This document shows positions 7,876 to 17,262 of a stretch of 34,824 bases of DNA, piece by piece. The translations under genes were made by a program, and so were the position numbers. This stretch comes from Chthonomonadales bacterium (GTDB taxonomy: Bacteria; Armatimonadota; Chthonomonadetes; Chthonomonadales; CAJBBX01), in contig JBMFSQ010000033.1 of NCBI GenBank assembly GCA_049967475.1, forward strand, positions 1 to 34,824, given 5' to 3'. The notes below the pieces were generated by a model, which did no database searches, was not told where the DNA came from, and was given only the letters and a program-made list of their open reading frames with translations. The first letter of the stretch is position 1, and the number at the start of each line of letters is the position of its first letter.

Positions 7876-9231
7876 ATGAGCATCTTCGATGGCAAGCGAC
7901 TGCCCGTCTCCACCTTCAAACTGGATGTAGAGCGGATGCGCCGCGGATGGTACTCCGACAAGTACTTCTACAACATCGTGGCGCTCCTGGCCCGCTTGGC
8001 CCAGCAGGGATACCGCTTCGGAGGGTCCAATCCGGATCTTTCCGATATCGGCGTAGACGTGGGCAATGTGGATGTGGGGAATATTGAAGTAGAGATGCAG
8101 TGGTTTACGCGGCGTATTCCCTTCTCCATCGTGGTGGGGGTGGATAAATGCCTGGCCATGCTCCGCACCTGCGCCGGATGGTTCGACGACGAGGGGAACT
8201 GGCACGGCACCTTTGATCAATTGCAGGTGGAAGCCGTGCACGACGGTTTTGTAGCGCCGTACGGTGGAGATCCTCTCCACGTAACGCCTGTGATGCGGGT
8301 TCGCGGCCGATACCGCGACTTCGCCATGCTCGAGACGCCGACCCTGGGCGCGCTCACCCGGTATACCCGCGTAGCGACGAACGTTTACCAAGTGCTGGAG
8401 GCGGCCCGAGGCAAGGATGTGCTCTTCTTTCCTGCCCGCTTTGATGCCCACGAGGTACAAGCCGGCGACGGATACGCCTACCATATCGCCGTGCAGCAGT
8501 ACAATCATACACACCGCCGCACGGCTAACTCCCTGGTGTCCACCGATGAGCAGGGCGAATGGTGGGGCGGGGCCGGCGGAGGTACGGTAGCGCACGCGGC
8601 CATCGCCTGCTTCCTTGGCGACACTGCCGAAACCATGATGGCCTTCGCTTCCATCCTGCCTCCTTCGGTGCCCCGCATCGCCCTCGTGGATTTCAGCAAC
8701 GATTGCGTGGGCACGTCTCTTGCCGTAATGGAGCGCATGTTCGCAGCCTACCGCCGCATGCTGGAAGAAGGCCGCGAGGATGAAGCGCGGCGCTACGTGC
8801 TCTTTGGGGTGCGTCCCGACACGAGCGGCAACCTGCGCGACCGGTCCCTCGAACCCTTGGGCGATCCCCGTCTGGACAACGGGGTCAATCCGCGCCTCTG
8901 CTTCAAATTGCGGGCCGCCCTGGACACCGCCTTCGAACAATGGGATTTGCCGGACCGCTGGGTGGACCGCGCCCGTTCCTGGTGCCGGAACGTAAAGATC
9001 ATCGTTACCGGCGGTTTCAATCCCCAGAGGATCCGTGAATTCGAGGCACAAGGCGTACCGGCGGATATTTACGGCGTAGGCTCCTATCTCTTTTCCAACT
9101 GCTCGGCGTGCGGTACCAACAACGACTTTACCGCCGACGTTGTGCGCGTAAAGATCGAAGGGGATTGGTACAACCTGGCCAAGGCCGGCCGCCGGGCCTG
9201 TGAGAATCCGCACCTGCTTCCTGTAGAATGA
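7876..9231 (+). CDS. pncB: Nicotinate phosphoribosyltransferase (divergent PncB-type)
   Basis: GWYSDKYF, MLETPTLG..TRVATN, FFPARFD, GTVAHAAI (phospho-His region), ALVDFSND, GVRPDTSG, IIVTGGFN, DIYGVGS, FTADVV; start MSIFDGKR at 7876. Confidence 0.85.
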   Translation: MSIFDGKRLPVSTFKLDVERMRRGWYSDKYFYNIVALLARLAQQGYRFGGSNPDLSDIGVDVGNVDVGNIEVEMQWFTRRIPFSIVVGVDKCLAMLRTCAGWFDDEGNWHGTFDQLQVEAVHDGFVAPYGGDPLHVTPVMRVRGRYRDFAMLETPTLGALTRYTRVATNVYQVLEAARGKDVLFFPARFDAHEVQAGDGYAYHIAVQQYNHTHRRTANSLVSTDEQGEWWGGAGGGTVAHAAIACFLGDTAETMMAFASILPPSVPRIALVDFSNDCVGTSLAVMERMFAAYRRMLEEGREDEARRYVLFGVRPDTSGNLRDRSLEPLGDPRLDNGVNPRLCFKLRAALDTAFEQWDLPDRWVDRARSWCRNVKIIVTGGFNPQRIREFEAQGVPADIYGVGSYLFSNCSACGTNNDFTADVVRVKIEGDWYNLAKAGRRACENPHLLPVE

Positions 9232-9271
9232 CGTACAACCGCACCCTGTTGGGGTTGAGGAGGGAAACGCT

Positions 9272-9976
9272 ATGCCCAATACCGGCATCATGACCTGGGA
9301 ATGGATCTTTCTTTCGGTAACTTTAGTTCCGTGCCTCGGGGTAATGGCTTATTTGCTTTGGCGAATAGCTTTCGGCACACGACCTGTTCGAACCGTGAAA
9401 CTGAACGGAGTGTCTGTGGTCCTGTGGGTGTCGGAGCGGAAGCTCCCCGTGTCCGCCGACGCCATCGTGGCGCCTGTTGCACCCGATCTGAAGATGGCCG
9501 TGTCCATCGCGAAGTGGATCCGCGACGCTACAGCCGATGCGGCCCAGGATGTTGCAGACGCAGCCGCTCCCCTTTCGCCGGGCGAGGTACTGAGGGCACC
9601 AGGTGCACGGTACCGCTTCGGCAGCACCCTTCTCGCCGTGGTCATGGATGAGGCCAAACGGGTAGAGGCCGAGTGGATCACCGCGGCCATAGCGAACGCG
9701 CTCCGGCGCGCCGCAGCGGAGGGGATGGACAGTGTGATCGTCCCAGATATTACAGAGGATCTTTTGCGGCAGCCGAACTGGATTACGCCCGAGCAGAGGA
9801 TTGCAAGTTGCCGGCCCATCGCCCGGGCGCTGTTCCATGGCATAATGGAAGGCGCCCATGGTCTGGACACCGTCCATGTGTGGGTCTGGCAGCCGGTCTA
9901 TGCCGACGTGTACCACAAGGAGCTGGACGCGCTCGTCGCCGGTGCCCGAGCCAAGGGTTCGCCGCAACCGGCATGA
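9272..9976 (+). CDS. N-terminally membrane-anchored degenerate macrodomain-like protein
   Basis: RBS GAGGAGG; TM helix; ADAIVAPVAPDLKMAVSIAKWIR..PLSPGEV..AVVM..IANALRRAAAEGMDSVIVPDI follows the macro-fold pattern, but the key motifs are altered. Confidence 0.7.
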   Translation: MPNTGIMTWEWIFLSVTLVPCLGVMAYLLWRIAFGTRPVRTVKLNGVSVVLWVSERKLPVSADAIVAPVAPDLKMAVSIAKWIRDATADAAQDVADAAAPLSPGEVLRAPGARYRFGSTLLAVVMDEAKRVEAEWITAAIANALRRAAAEGMDSVIVPDITEDLLRQPNWITPEQRIASCRPIARALFHGIMEGAHGLDTVHVWVWQPVYADVYHKELDALVAGARAKGSPQPA

Positions 9977-9999
9977 TGCATCCGTGGGTCGCCGGCGCC

Positions 10000-10614
10000 T
10001 CAGTGCGGGGATGCGTCGGCGGCCTCGACGGCCTGAACCGAATTGTACCGGCTCATGGCCTTCTCGAAACCCTCCCGGAGGGCCAACTCTACCGCATCGG
10101 AAGCCAACTCGACGGCAGCGTTCATCACAGGCCGCTCCGCCGGCGAGAACCGGCTGAGTACATGGGATGCCAGATCCGGTGTAGGAGGCGGGCCTACGCC
10201 GATGCGGATGCGCGCGTAGCAGTGCGTTCCCAGGTGCTCCTCAATGGAGGCGAGCCCGTTGTGCCCTCCGGAGGATCCCTTCAGGCGCAGGCGCAACTTC
10301 CCGGGCGGGAGAGCTGCGTCGTCCACAATCACGATAAGATCTTGCGGCGTCAGGCCGTATCTCCGCAGAATGGCTTCCACGGCCTGACCGGAGAGGTTCA
10401 TATAAGTCATGGGGCGCGCCAGAAGCACGTTCTGACCTTCGATGCGCCCCTCTCCTAGGAGCGATTTCAGCTCCCGGCGCCGCACAGAGATGCGATGCCG
10501 TTCCGCCAGGCGTTCCACCACCTCAAAGCCGATGTTGTGGCGCGTGCCTTCATACTCGGGACCCGGGTTGCCCAAACCTACAATCAACTTCACGGGCACC
10601 TCTCCGCTCGCCAT
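10000..10614 (-). CDS. pth: Peptidyl-tRNA hydrolase
   Basis: KLIVGLGNPGPEYEGTRHNIGF, PMTYMNLSG, GSSGGHNGL, RIRIGVG; start may be GTG 10593. Confidence 0.97.
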   Translation of the reverse strand: MASGEVPVKLIVGLGNPGPEYEGTRHNIGFEVVERLAERHRISVRRRELKSLLGEGRIEGQNVLLARPMTYMNLSGQAVEAILRRYGLTPQDLIVIVDDAALPPGKLRLRLKGSSGGHNGLASIEEHLGTHCYARIRIGVGPPPTPDLASHVLSRFSPAERPVMNAAVELASDAVELALREGFEKAMSRYNSVQAVEAADASPH

Positions 10615-10649
10615 TCGTTCCCGCCTATCCCCTTAGTCCCATAAGTCCG

Positions 10650-13600
10650 CTAGAAGTGCATATTGATATCGGCGTCCAGGGAATTCACGTTGTAGCTGTA
10701 GTTGGACGAGATGCCCGTTCCCTTGCTTACATTCTGCTGGTTGCGCCATCCGATCTCGAAGGAAGCTGTGGGCGTGAGCGGGAAGTCGAACCCGAGAATG
10801 AGTGTGCGCCGCGTAGAGGCAAGATACCCCGTCGTGTCGGCGTTGTCGAGTTGGAGGAACAGATTGTTGCCGCGGAACACGGGATACTCCAAGCGCAAAT
10901 TGTACGCCAGCATGTTCGTTGCGCCGAGCGTGCTGATGCTGGAGGTGCCTCCGGTGCCGAAGGGATTGGGCGTTCCGGACGTGGAAGGGGCAGCAAGGCT
11001 CACCGAGCTGTTCGTGGTCATCACCTGGAGGCCAACGTTCATGGTGAGGCGGCCTATCGGTTTGGACTGAACCGTGAAGAAGGCCATATTCGTAGAGGTT
11101 CCACCCTGATTGCCCAAGTAGTCCATCCGCTGTGTGGAGAGAGAGGTGGCTACCGAGAGGCGGCTGTTGGGGCTGTACGTGGCATTGAGCCCCAAATCGT
11201 GCCGGCGGCTGTTGAACTGCATGGCTCCTTCGGTGAAGCCTGAGCTCCAAGTGAGATCCATGCTCAGCGCCCGCGCCGGCTGCCAATTGAGCTGAGCGGA
11301 CACCGTCCTTGCGCGGCTGGAGAAGTCTGTGACGCTGTATCCTCCATAGACGGGGTTGTAAATGCCGCCGCTGTAATTACCGAATCCGCCCAGGTTTCCA
11401 TTGACGCCCCCGCCATAGAAAGAGCCGGGGTTGATGACACCGCCCCCAGCGGCGCCATTGAGGAGGCTGGACACCGATCCCGAGTTCTGAAGCTGGTATC
11501 CAAGCGTAAGGGTCATGTTCCTCAGCGGAGTGACGATGGCCGTGAGAGATAAGTCCTGGGCATTGTTGGATTGCCCGTTGCTGCGGGAGGAACTGTTTCC
11601 CAGGGCGGAATTGAGCGTGAGCCAGGGACCGGCGCGCCACGATAGGTTAAGGCGTTGCGTGAGGGAGTTGGTGTCGTAGGAGGTGAGCGCCGGCTGCGTA
11701 CTCCCCGAGCTCCCGCCGGCAGTGGAGCTTCCCGTTAGGGCAACGGATCGGCTGATGTTGCGGCCGATGGAAAGATCCATGCGGAGGGATTGAAAAGCAT
11801 AGGCGAAGGAAAGGTTGTCCGACACGTAGTTGGCGCTCCCGCCGGAGTAGAAATTGGTCGCCATGGTGTTGTGAGTAAAGCCGAGTTGCCCGCCCCTCCC
11901 CAACTGCCAGTTGGCACCCAAGTTCATCTGGGAATAGACGTCCTCACCCTTCGTTTGGGCGAGACCCGTAGATCCTCCGGACACGATGCTGCTGTAGTCG
12001 TAGCTGGGCCTTCTGCTGCGGTTGAACGTGGCGGTAAATTTCAAGGTTCGAGATGCAGCGTATTCCAGCCCCGTCGTGTATCCCTTCTCACTTCGGTTGA
12101 AGCCGGGGCTCTCGATTGTGGTGAAGTCCGGACTGATGTTGCGCAGGCTCCAATTCCAGTGGAGGCGATCCTTCAGGAAGCGCGTGTCGCCCCGCACTTG
12201 CCAAGCGCCCCCGCGGGCCGTGGTTCCCGGCAGGTCCAGCCGGCTGGATGCCAGCTCGGCTACCACTTGGCCCGTCTTGCCCAGCGAGAAGTAGGTGTCC
12301 AGTCCCATCACGGAACGATCGCCGGGGCTTCCGTTCTGGATCTGGGGAACATAGGTGATCTTCACGATCTGCGTGGATGGAATGGGATACTTGAAAAAGA
12401 CACGGTCTGGAAGGGCTGCATCCACAACGAAATCCTGTCCGTACACCTGCGGCTGGCCACCCACGGTGGCTGTTACGGGGTATTTCGGCGTCGCGCTCAC
12501 GATGGCACCCGATTTGTCACGCACGACTACCATCTCCACCAGATACTGGAGTTGGTAGGGCGTTCCCGGATCCCCATATCCGTAGAACTGATCGGTCTTC
12601 GTGGCGGTGGTGGAGGGGCCCTTGGTACCGGTCTGCGATAGATAGGTCAGCCCTAACCTGGAGCCCTTCACCAAATCCACGTCGGTGCGCCAACCCATGA
12701 TGGTTCCGGCCGACTGGTTGTATCCGTAGGTTTCGAAAGACACCGCGATGACGTCCTGGTAATGGATGATGGTGCCTGGGCTGAAGCGCAGTTCTCCGGT
12801 GTACGGATCCAGAGTGTAGTCTTGGCCCTTCACCATATCTTTGTTGTTCACCCGCACGTGCTCACTTCCGTCCACGATTTGCCCGGCATAAACATAGTAC
12901 GGCCCGGAGCTCTCCGCCCCATTGATCACAATCGTGCGCGTTTGCGCCTTTGTTTGAGAATAGAGGCCGGTGAGGCGGGTTCCCCGGGTAATCGTGGAGG
13001 CGAATTGGATGCCCTTGAGGGTTCGGCTGAAGCCTATCAAGGAGTTGCCCGTGATGGAGCCGGTGATGTCGCCGGCATCGAGTTTGAAATCCCGGGAGGC
13101 ATAGTTGAGGGACAGGCGATTATCGTAGGGTGTAGTGGCGAGGCCGTTACTCATGCGCGTTTCGAAGTTGATGACGCCGGCAACTTTGCCTTGAATGGTG
13201 AGATCGGTCTGGTCATAGGCTCCCGCGAAGCCCTTCTGGCCGAAGTACTGATCGTTGGAGTAGGTCTCCGCGCTCCCGGACACATGCTCCATGTGAAAGC
13301 CCATGACCTTGGTACCCGACACTTTGATGTCTGAGTGAAGACGGCGCCCTACATCGGCGAACGTGCGGCGCACTCCGTCGAATATCCCGAAGATGCCGCG
13401 GCCGGAGCGATGCGGGCTCCATTCTGCGGCGGCCTGTCTTGGGAAGAGGCCGGCGTTCCACGCGGGGCCCGGCGGAGCCGCAGGGTCCTGTGAAACCGTT
13501 TGACCTGGCGGCCCAGTGGCCCGCAGAATGTCCCAAACGGAGGCGGGCGCAGTGAGCAACGGATCAGGCTCCAGGTTGTCGGCAATCTGACCTGTGGCGG

Positions 13601-13961
13601 CGAAGTGGTCGGGATTGCCGCGGCGCAAGAGGTCCCACATACTTTCCGGCGTTTGAGGCTGTACGGCGACCTCCGCGGGCGACACACTGTTCAACAGGGC
13701 CGAACCTGGACCCGTCACTCCCCGGAGAAGGTCCCAAACGGAGGCCGCCTCTTGCGGAGCAAGCGAGGGAAGGGCAAGGGGCCTTGGAGCGATGGGCGCG
13801 GCAAAGCGATCGGGATTTCCCTGGCGCAAGAGATCCCACACACTGTCGGCGCGGGCTGGGGTTCGCAGAAGCAATGCGGCACCAAGAACGACGCATGCAG
13901 GCGCCGCTTGCAGGGAGTGGAGCCTCACCAGCGGGTTTGGGACCAGAGAGAGGTTCGCCAT
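10650..13961 (-). CDS. Large secreted outer-membrane beta-barrel-like protein (~1100 aa) with SprA-like periplasmic motifs and N-terminal SVWDLLR repeats
   Basis: Signal peptide ending ARA|DS; many amphipathic beta-strand patterns; C-terminal Phe (DADINMHF); GSEHVRVNNKDMVKGQDYTLDPYTGELRF motif; start 13961 preferred over 14057. Confidence 0.7.
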   Translation of the reverse strand: MANLSLVPNPLVRLHSLQAAPACVVLGAALLLRTPARADSVWDLLRQGNPDRFAAPIAPRPLALPSLAPQEAASVWDLLRGVTGPGSALLNSVSPAEVAVQPQTPESMWDLLRRGNPDHFAATGQIADNLEPDPLLTAPASVWDILRATGPPGQTVSQDPAAPPGPAWNAGLFPRQAAAEWSPHRSGRGIFGIFDGVRRTFADVGRRLHSDIKVSGTKVMGFHMEHVSGSAETYSNDQYFGQKGFAGAYDQTDLTIQGKVAGVINFETRMSNGLATTPYDNRLSLNYASRDFKLDAGDITGSITGNSLIGFSRTLKGIQFASTITRGTRLTGLYSQTKAQTRTIVINGAESSGPYYVYAGQIVDGSEHVRVNNKDMVKGQDYTLDPYTGELRFSPGTIIHYQDVIAVSFETYGYNQSAGTIMGWRTDVDLVKGSRLGLTYLSQTGTKGPSTTATKTDQFYGYGDPGTPYQLQYLVEMVVVRDKSGAIVSATPKYPVTATVGGQPQVYGQDFVVDAALPDRVFFKYPIPSTQIVKITYVPQIQNGSPGDRSVMGLDTYFSLGKTGQVVAELASSRLDLPGTTARGGAWQVRGDTRFLKDRLHWNWSLRNISPDFTTIESPGFNRSEKGYTTGLEYAASRTLKFTATFNRSRRPSYDYSSIVSGGSTGLAQTKGEDVYSQMNLGANWQLGRGGQLGFTHNTMATNFYSGGSANYVSDNLSFAYAFQSLRMDLSIGRNISRSVALTGSSTAGGSSGSTQPALTSYDTNSLTQRLNLSWRAGPWLTLNSALGNSSSRSNGQSNNAQDLSLTAIVTPLRNMTLTLGYQLQNSGSVSSLLNGAAGGGVINPGSFYGGGVNGNLGGFGNYSGGIYNPVYGGYSVTDFSSRARTVSAQLNWQPARALSMDLTWSSGFTEGAMQFNSRRHDLGLNATYSPNSRLSVATSLSTQRMDYLGNQGGTSTNMAFFTVQSKPIGRLTMNVGLQVMTTNSSVSLAAPSTSGTPNPFGTGGTSSISTLGATNMLAYNLRLEYPVFRGNNLFLQLDNADTTGYLASTRRTLILGFDFPLTPTASFEIGWRNQQNVSKGTGISSNYSYNVNSLDADINMHF
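13512..13844 (-). repeat. Four intragenic S[VM]WD[LI]LR peptide repeats in A-B-A-B arrangement
   Basis: SVWDLLRQGNPDRFAA / SVWDLLRGVTGP / SMWDLLRRGNPDHFAA / SVWDILRATGP, separated by Pro/Ala linkers. Confidence 0.9.
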
Positions 13962-14115
13962 GGTGCCGTGTTCCTGTTTGCGGCCTGCAAGGCTGGGTGG
14001 CGGGTCCAAGCTTGCTGCGCGGCGCAGTGCGTCTTGAAGCGTTCGCGCCCCCGGCATGCGCCATTCCGCACCTTAATTACGGATTGAGCGCCTGCATGTG
14101 TTACCATGCCTGGGT

Positions 14116-15222
14116 CTACACTCCGGCTGCGAGGGAGGCTGCTTCAAACGCTAGGTCTACGTTCCTCAGGGACTGACGCGCCAGTTCGGCAGCCCGTTCA
14201 CGAAGCCCTCCTTTGATATTCTCACTCTGCAAGGCTGCGTCGGCCAAAAGCCGACCGGCGGCATCGGCATCGAAGCCGCGGAGGGGAAGGCAGCGCTCAT
14301 TCTGTTCAAGCCTCTTGGCCATGGCTTCAACCTTGGGATCATACGCCAAGGTGACCGACGGTACGCCGGCCATGGCCGCGAAGATCAAGGCATGGAGCCG
14401 CATGGCGGCAAGAGCCTTCATCTGCGCGATGAGGGCAATCCCTTCCTGGGGAGCCATCCTGCGCCGGATCAGGGTGACTGGGAGCTGGGAGGCGCGGGCT
14501 ATGTGTTCGGCAAGCTCCAAATCGCCGGGAGGGTGCAGCGGGATGAAAACAGGGTGAGCCGACGCCCACTGGGCAGCCACCTCTACCATGCGGGCGAAGG
14601 CAGACACAGGCACCACCTGGGCGGGCCACGGCCGCAGGGCGAAGCCCAGAAGTGCCCCTCGCTCCAACCCGAACTCCCGCATCAATGGGCCGGCATCTCC
14701 AACCGGAAGGGCGAATGCAGGATCGGCCGTGACCTCCACAGCCCTCCGTACGCCGATTTGCCTGAGCAGTTCAGCCGATGCCTCATCACGAACCGATACT
14801 ACCGCGGCGCGGTTCGCCACACCCCTCACGATGCGCTGCGCTATGGGCCTCCGCAACGGGCCTACGCCCTGAGCGTAAAGCATCACCGGTCGCTTGAGCC
14901 GGAATGCGAAATGCGGGACCATGGCGTAGTACAGAAGCGAGCGGAGGCTGGTTACGTCCTGGAAGAGGCTTCCGCCACCCGAGATCAGCAGACGGCACTC
15001 CTTGATGCTCCTCCAGAGTGCGGCGGGGCCCATTCTGGGGATCGCATTCACTCCGTGCACGCGCCGCGTTACGGCGGGGTTTGCCGAGAGGACCGTGAAT
15101 TCCGTCGGCATGTCCGGACGCCGCACTCGGAAGCTGTACAGGATGCCCGCAAGCACGGCCTCGTCGCCGAGGTTTCCGCACCCGTAATATCCAGACACTA
15201 CGATCCGCAGGGGTTGGCGCAC
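14116..15222 (-). CDS. csaB: Polysaccharide pyruvyl transferase CsaB
   Basis: SGYYGCGNLGDEA, LISGGGSLFQDVTSLRSLLYY, AQGVGP, SVRDEAS, TADPA, AMRLHALI, YDPKV; RBS GGGGAGGA. Confidence 0.93.
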   Translation of the reverse strand: MRQPLRIVVSGYYGCGNLGDEAVLAGILYSFRVRRPDMPTEFTVLSANPAVTRRVHGVNAIPRMGPAALWRSIKECRLLISGGGSLFQDVTSLRSLLYYAMVPHFAFRLKRPVMLYAQGVGPLRRPIAQRIVRGVANRAAVVSVRDEASAELLRQIGVRRAVEVTADPAFALPVGDAGPLMREFGLERGALLGFALRPWPAQVVPVSAFARMVEVAAQWASAHPVFIPLHPPGDLELAEHIARASQLPVTLIRRRMAPQEGIALIAQMKALAAMRLHALIFAAMAGVPSVTLAYDPKVEAMAKRLEQNERCLPLRGFDADAAGRLLADAALQSENIKGGLRERAAELARQSLRNVDLAFEAASLAAGV

Positions 15223-15255
15223 TGATCGTCCTCCCCAAGGGCGGGCACGGGAAGG

Positions 15256-17220
15256 TTAGTTTGCTGCATGGGATCCGCGGGATGCCGCCCATTCGAGCCC
15301 CAAGAAGACCGCCGCACCGATGGCGGCGCCTAACACGAGGCCCGTACTACCGCGGATGATGGAAAGGTGGAGCGGCGTGTGGATATGGCAGAAGGTATTG
15401 AGAAGGGACACCTGGCCCACCACTCCTACCACGAAAAGCGGCAGCGCCCACTTCCGCCGGCCGCGATACCACAAGGCCATCGCCATTACCCACGCCGGGT
15501 GACCTATCAAGAACTCCTTGGTGCGGGGGCGCACCGGAAGCACGCGATCCAGAAGCGCCCGAAACTTCAGCTCCATAGTAGACACTCCGACGCCTGAGTC
15601 GTTTCCTGTGCGCGCGACGGCAAGCGCCAATGCGGCGAGCGCGACCAGCGTGAGCAAAAGCGTTCCGACACGCGTGGGTTCATTGAAGAACGCTGCCGCC
15701 CGCTGCTTCATCCGCCCCCACTCCACCGGCCAGGCGGCACCAACCCGCGGCAGCCCCGCGATGGCCGCCAGGGCAATGAGCAGAACGGGAACAGCATGCT
15801 GCGCCTTGATGCCCATGAACTGGTTCGCCTTCATCATGAAGGGACGCGTGGCGAGGAGCCCTCCCACAATCAGGATGCCCAACCCCGTAACCGCGGACGC
15901 CGCAGCGAGGGTTCCGAGCGAGATGCGCAACGCGCCGTAGGCATCCCCTCTTGCAGCTACGCCGCTCTCCTCGCGGTCAACGCAAAGGATATCGCTTCGC
16001 AGGCAGGCGAGGGTGGGAAAGGCAATTCCCGCCAGGAGGGCTGCCAGTTTGCGCCCCGTCTCTCCCCCAGCACCTGCCAACGCGGCGCACGCCGCTCCCG
16101 CCAAGACCGAGAGCACAAGACCCGTACCCGAGGCGAATGGGAACACCCGCACGAGCGCCAGCACGGCTCCAGCTGCAGCGCCAGCGCCCATCAGGGCAAA
16201 GAGGCCGTCAGGCACATGCGTGTCAAGGAATGGGTGGGCCGGTCCGAAGCTCATTTCGTGTCCCCGGGCGATGCCCTTCCGGATGCGCCCGACGAGTTCT
16301 TTGTTGCGCTCCATCACATCCGTTCCGGTGGTATAGGGCAGCCGAATGTAACAGAGCCGGATGTTGCGCTCCCGAGCGGCGCGGACGAAGCGCTCGATGA
16401 TCTCACTCTCGTCCAATTGGCCCATCTCCGCATCGCCGATGCTGTGCACGCGGATGTAATTGCCCCGCAAAGCCATGGACAGCCGATCGTCTCCGCGCTG
16501 CTTCCCGAACTCAATCTGGCCGTAATGGAGGCCGGTGATGCGGAAAGCATCGGCCACTTCTGTAAACATCCCACGGTATCCAAGAACGTCCGTCCCTTGG
16601 AATACCACCACCTGGGCGCCGGTCTGCTTCACGCGGGTAAGAACCGCTGTGGCCGTTATCGGATTGACCCCAGGGAAGTTGCCGATGCGCGCCACGACGC
16701 CCAATCCGGCGGAGCGCACCGCCTGAACCGAGGCCGGATCCAATCCCACGCCCACAGTGCGGATTACGGCATAGTCTGCGGCGACGCCAAAGGCCTCTTT
16801 CGGAGCGGCAGGACACAGGAAGCGCGTGAACGGCCTCTCCGAAGTGTGGCCGGATGTTACGGCGAGCCCTCGGGCGGCAAGTTCCGCGCGGATCCGCTCC
16901 AGAAGCTCCTGAGAGCACACCTTTACGGTGGGAACGCTGGACACCACTTCCGCACGCACCATCCCGGCGGCCTCTAGAGCGGCCAGGGTGTCCTCCGTGA
17001 TTGCAACGGAAGTGACGCCGGTCTCACGGAAGCCGGCAAGGACTGCGGGAAGGGGCTGCCGGGTCATTTGGGCGAGTGTGCGCAGTTCGGTGTAATCAAG
17101 GGTGAGCTCCACGCGGCGGTTTAGGGCTTCCACTTGCTGCCTCTTGTGCAGAGCGTAGAGGCCTGCCAGGGAAGCGACGGCTACGATGCCGTAAAGCACC
17201 ATCGTCGTATAGCTGCGCAC
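15256..17220 (-). CDS. DUF5693-family integral membrane protein (usual csaB neighbour)
   Basis: RVEL..DY, IEFGKQRG, IRVHSI, RAARERNIRLCYIR, FMGIK, VRPRTKEFLIGHP, GQVSLLNTFCHIHTP; multiple C-terminal TMs. Confidence 0.85.
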   Translation of the reverse strand: MRSYTTMVLYGIVAVASLAGLYALHKRQQVEALNRRVELTLDYTELRTLAQMTRQPLPAVLAGFRETGVTSVAITEDTLAALEAAGMVRAEVVSSVPTVKVCSQELLERIRAELAARGLAVTSGHTSERPFTRFLCPAAPKEAFGVAADYAVIRTVGVGLDPASVQAVRSAGLGVVARIGNFPGVNPITATAVLTRVKQTGAQVVVFQGTDVLGYRGMFTEVADAFRITGLHYGQIEFGKQRGDDRLSMALRGNYIRVHSIGDAEMGQLDESEIIERFVRAARERNIRLCYIRLPYTTGTDVMERNKELVGRIRKGIARGHEMSFGPAHPFLDTHVPDGLFALMGAGAAAGAVLALVRVFPFASGTGLVLSVLAGAACAALAGAGGETGRKLAALLAGIAFPTLACLRSDILCVDREESGVAARGDAYGALRISLGTLAAASAVTGLGILIVGGLLATRPFMMKANQFMGIKAQHAVPVLLIALAAIAGLPRVGAAWPVEWGRMKQRAAAFFNEPTRVGTLLLTLVALAALALAVARTGNDSGVGVSTMELKFRALLDRVLPVRPRTKEFLIGHPAWVMAMALWYRGRRKWALPLFVVGVVGQVSLLNTFCHIHTPLHLSIIRGSTGLVLGAAIGAAVFLGLEWAASRGSHAAN

Positions 17221-17262
17221 TGTGCGATCCGTCCTTGCGTATGTAATGAAGCGATGCCGCGC

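Noticed and set aside
7831..9291. 486-aa antisense ORF over the NAPRTase gene
   Set aside because: Shadow ORF typical of GC-rich codon usage; no motifs, and the sense gene is clearly real
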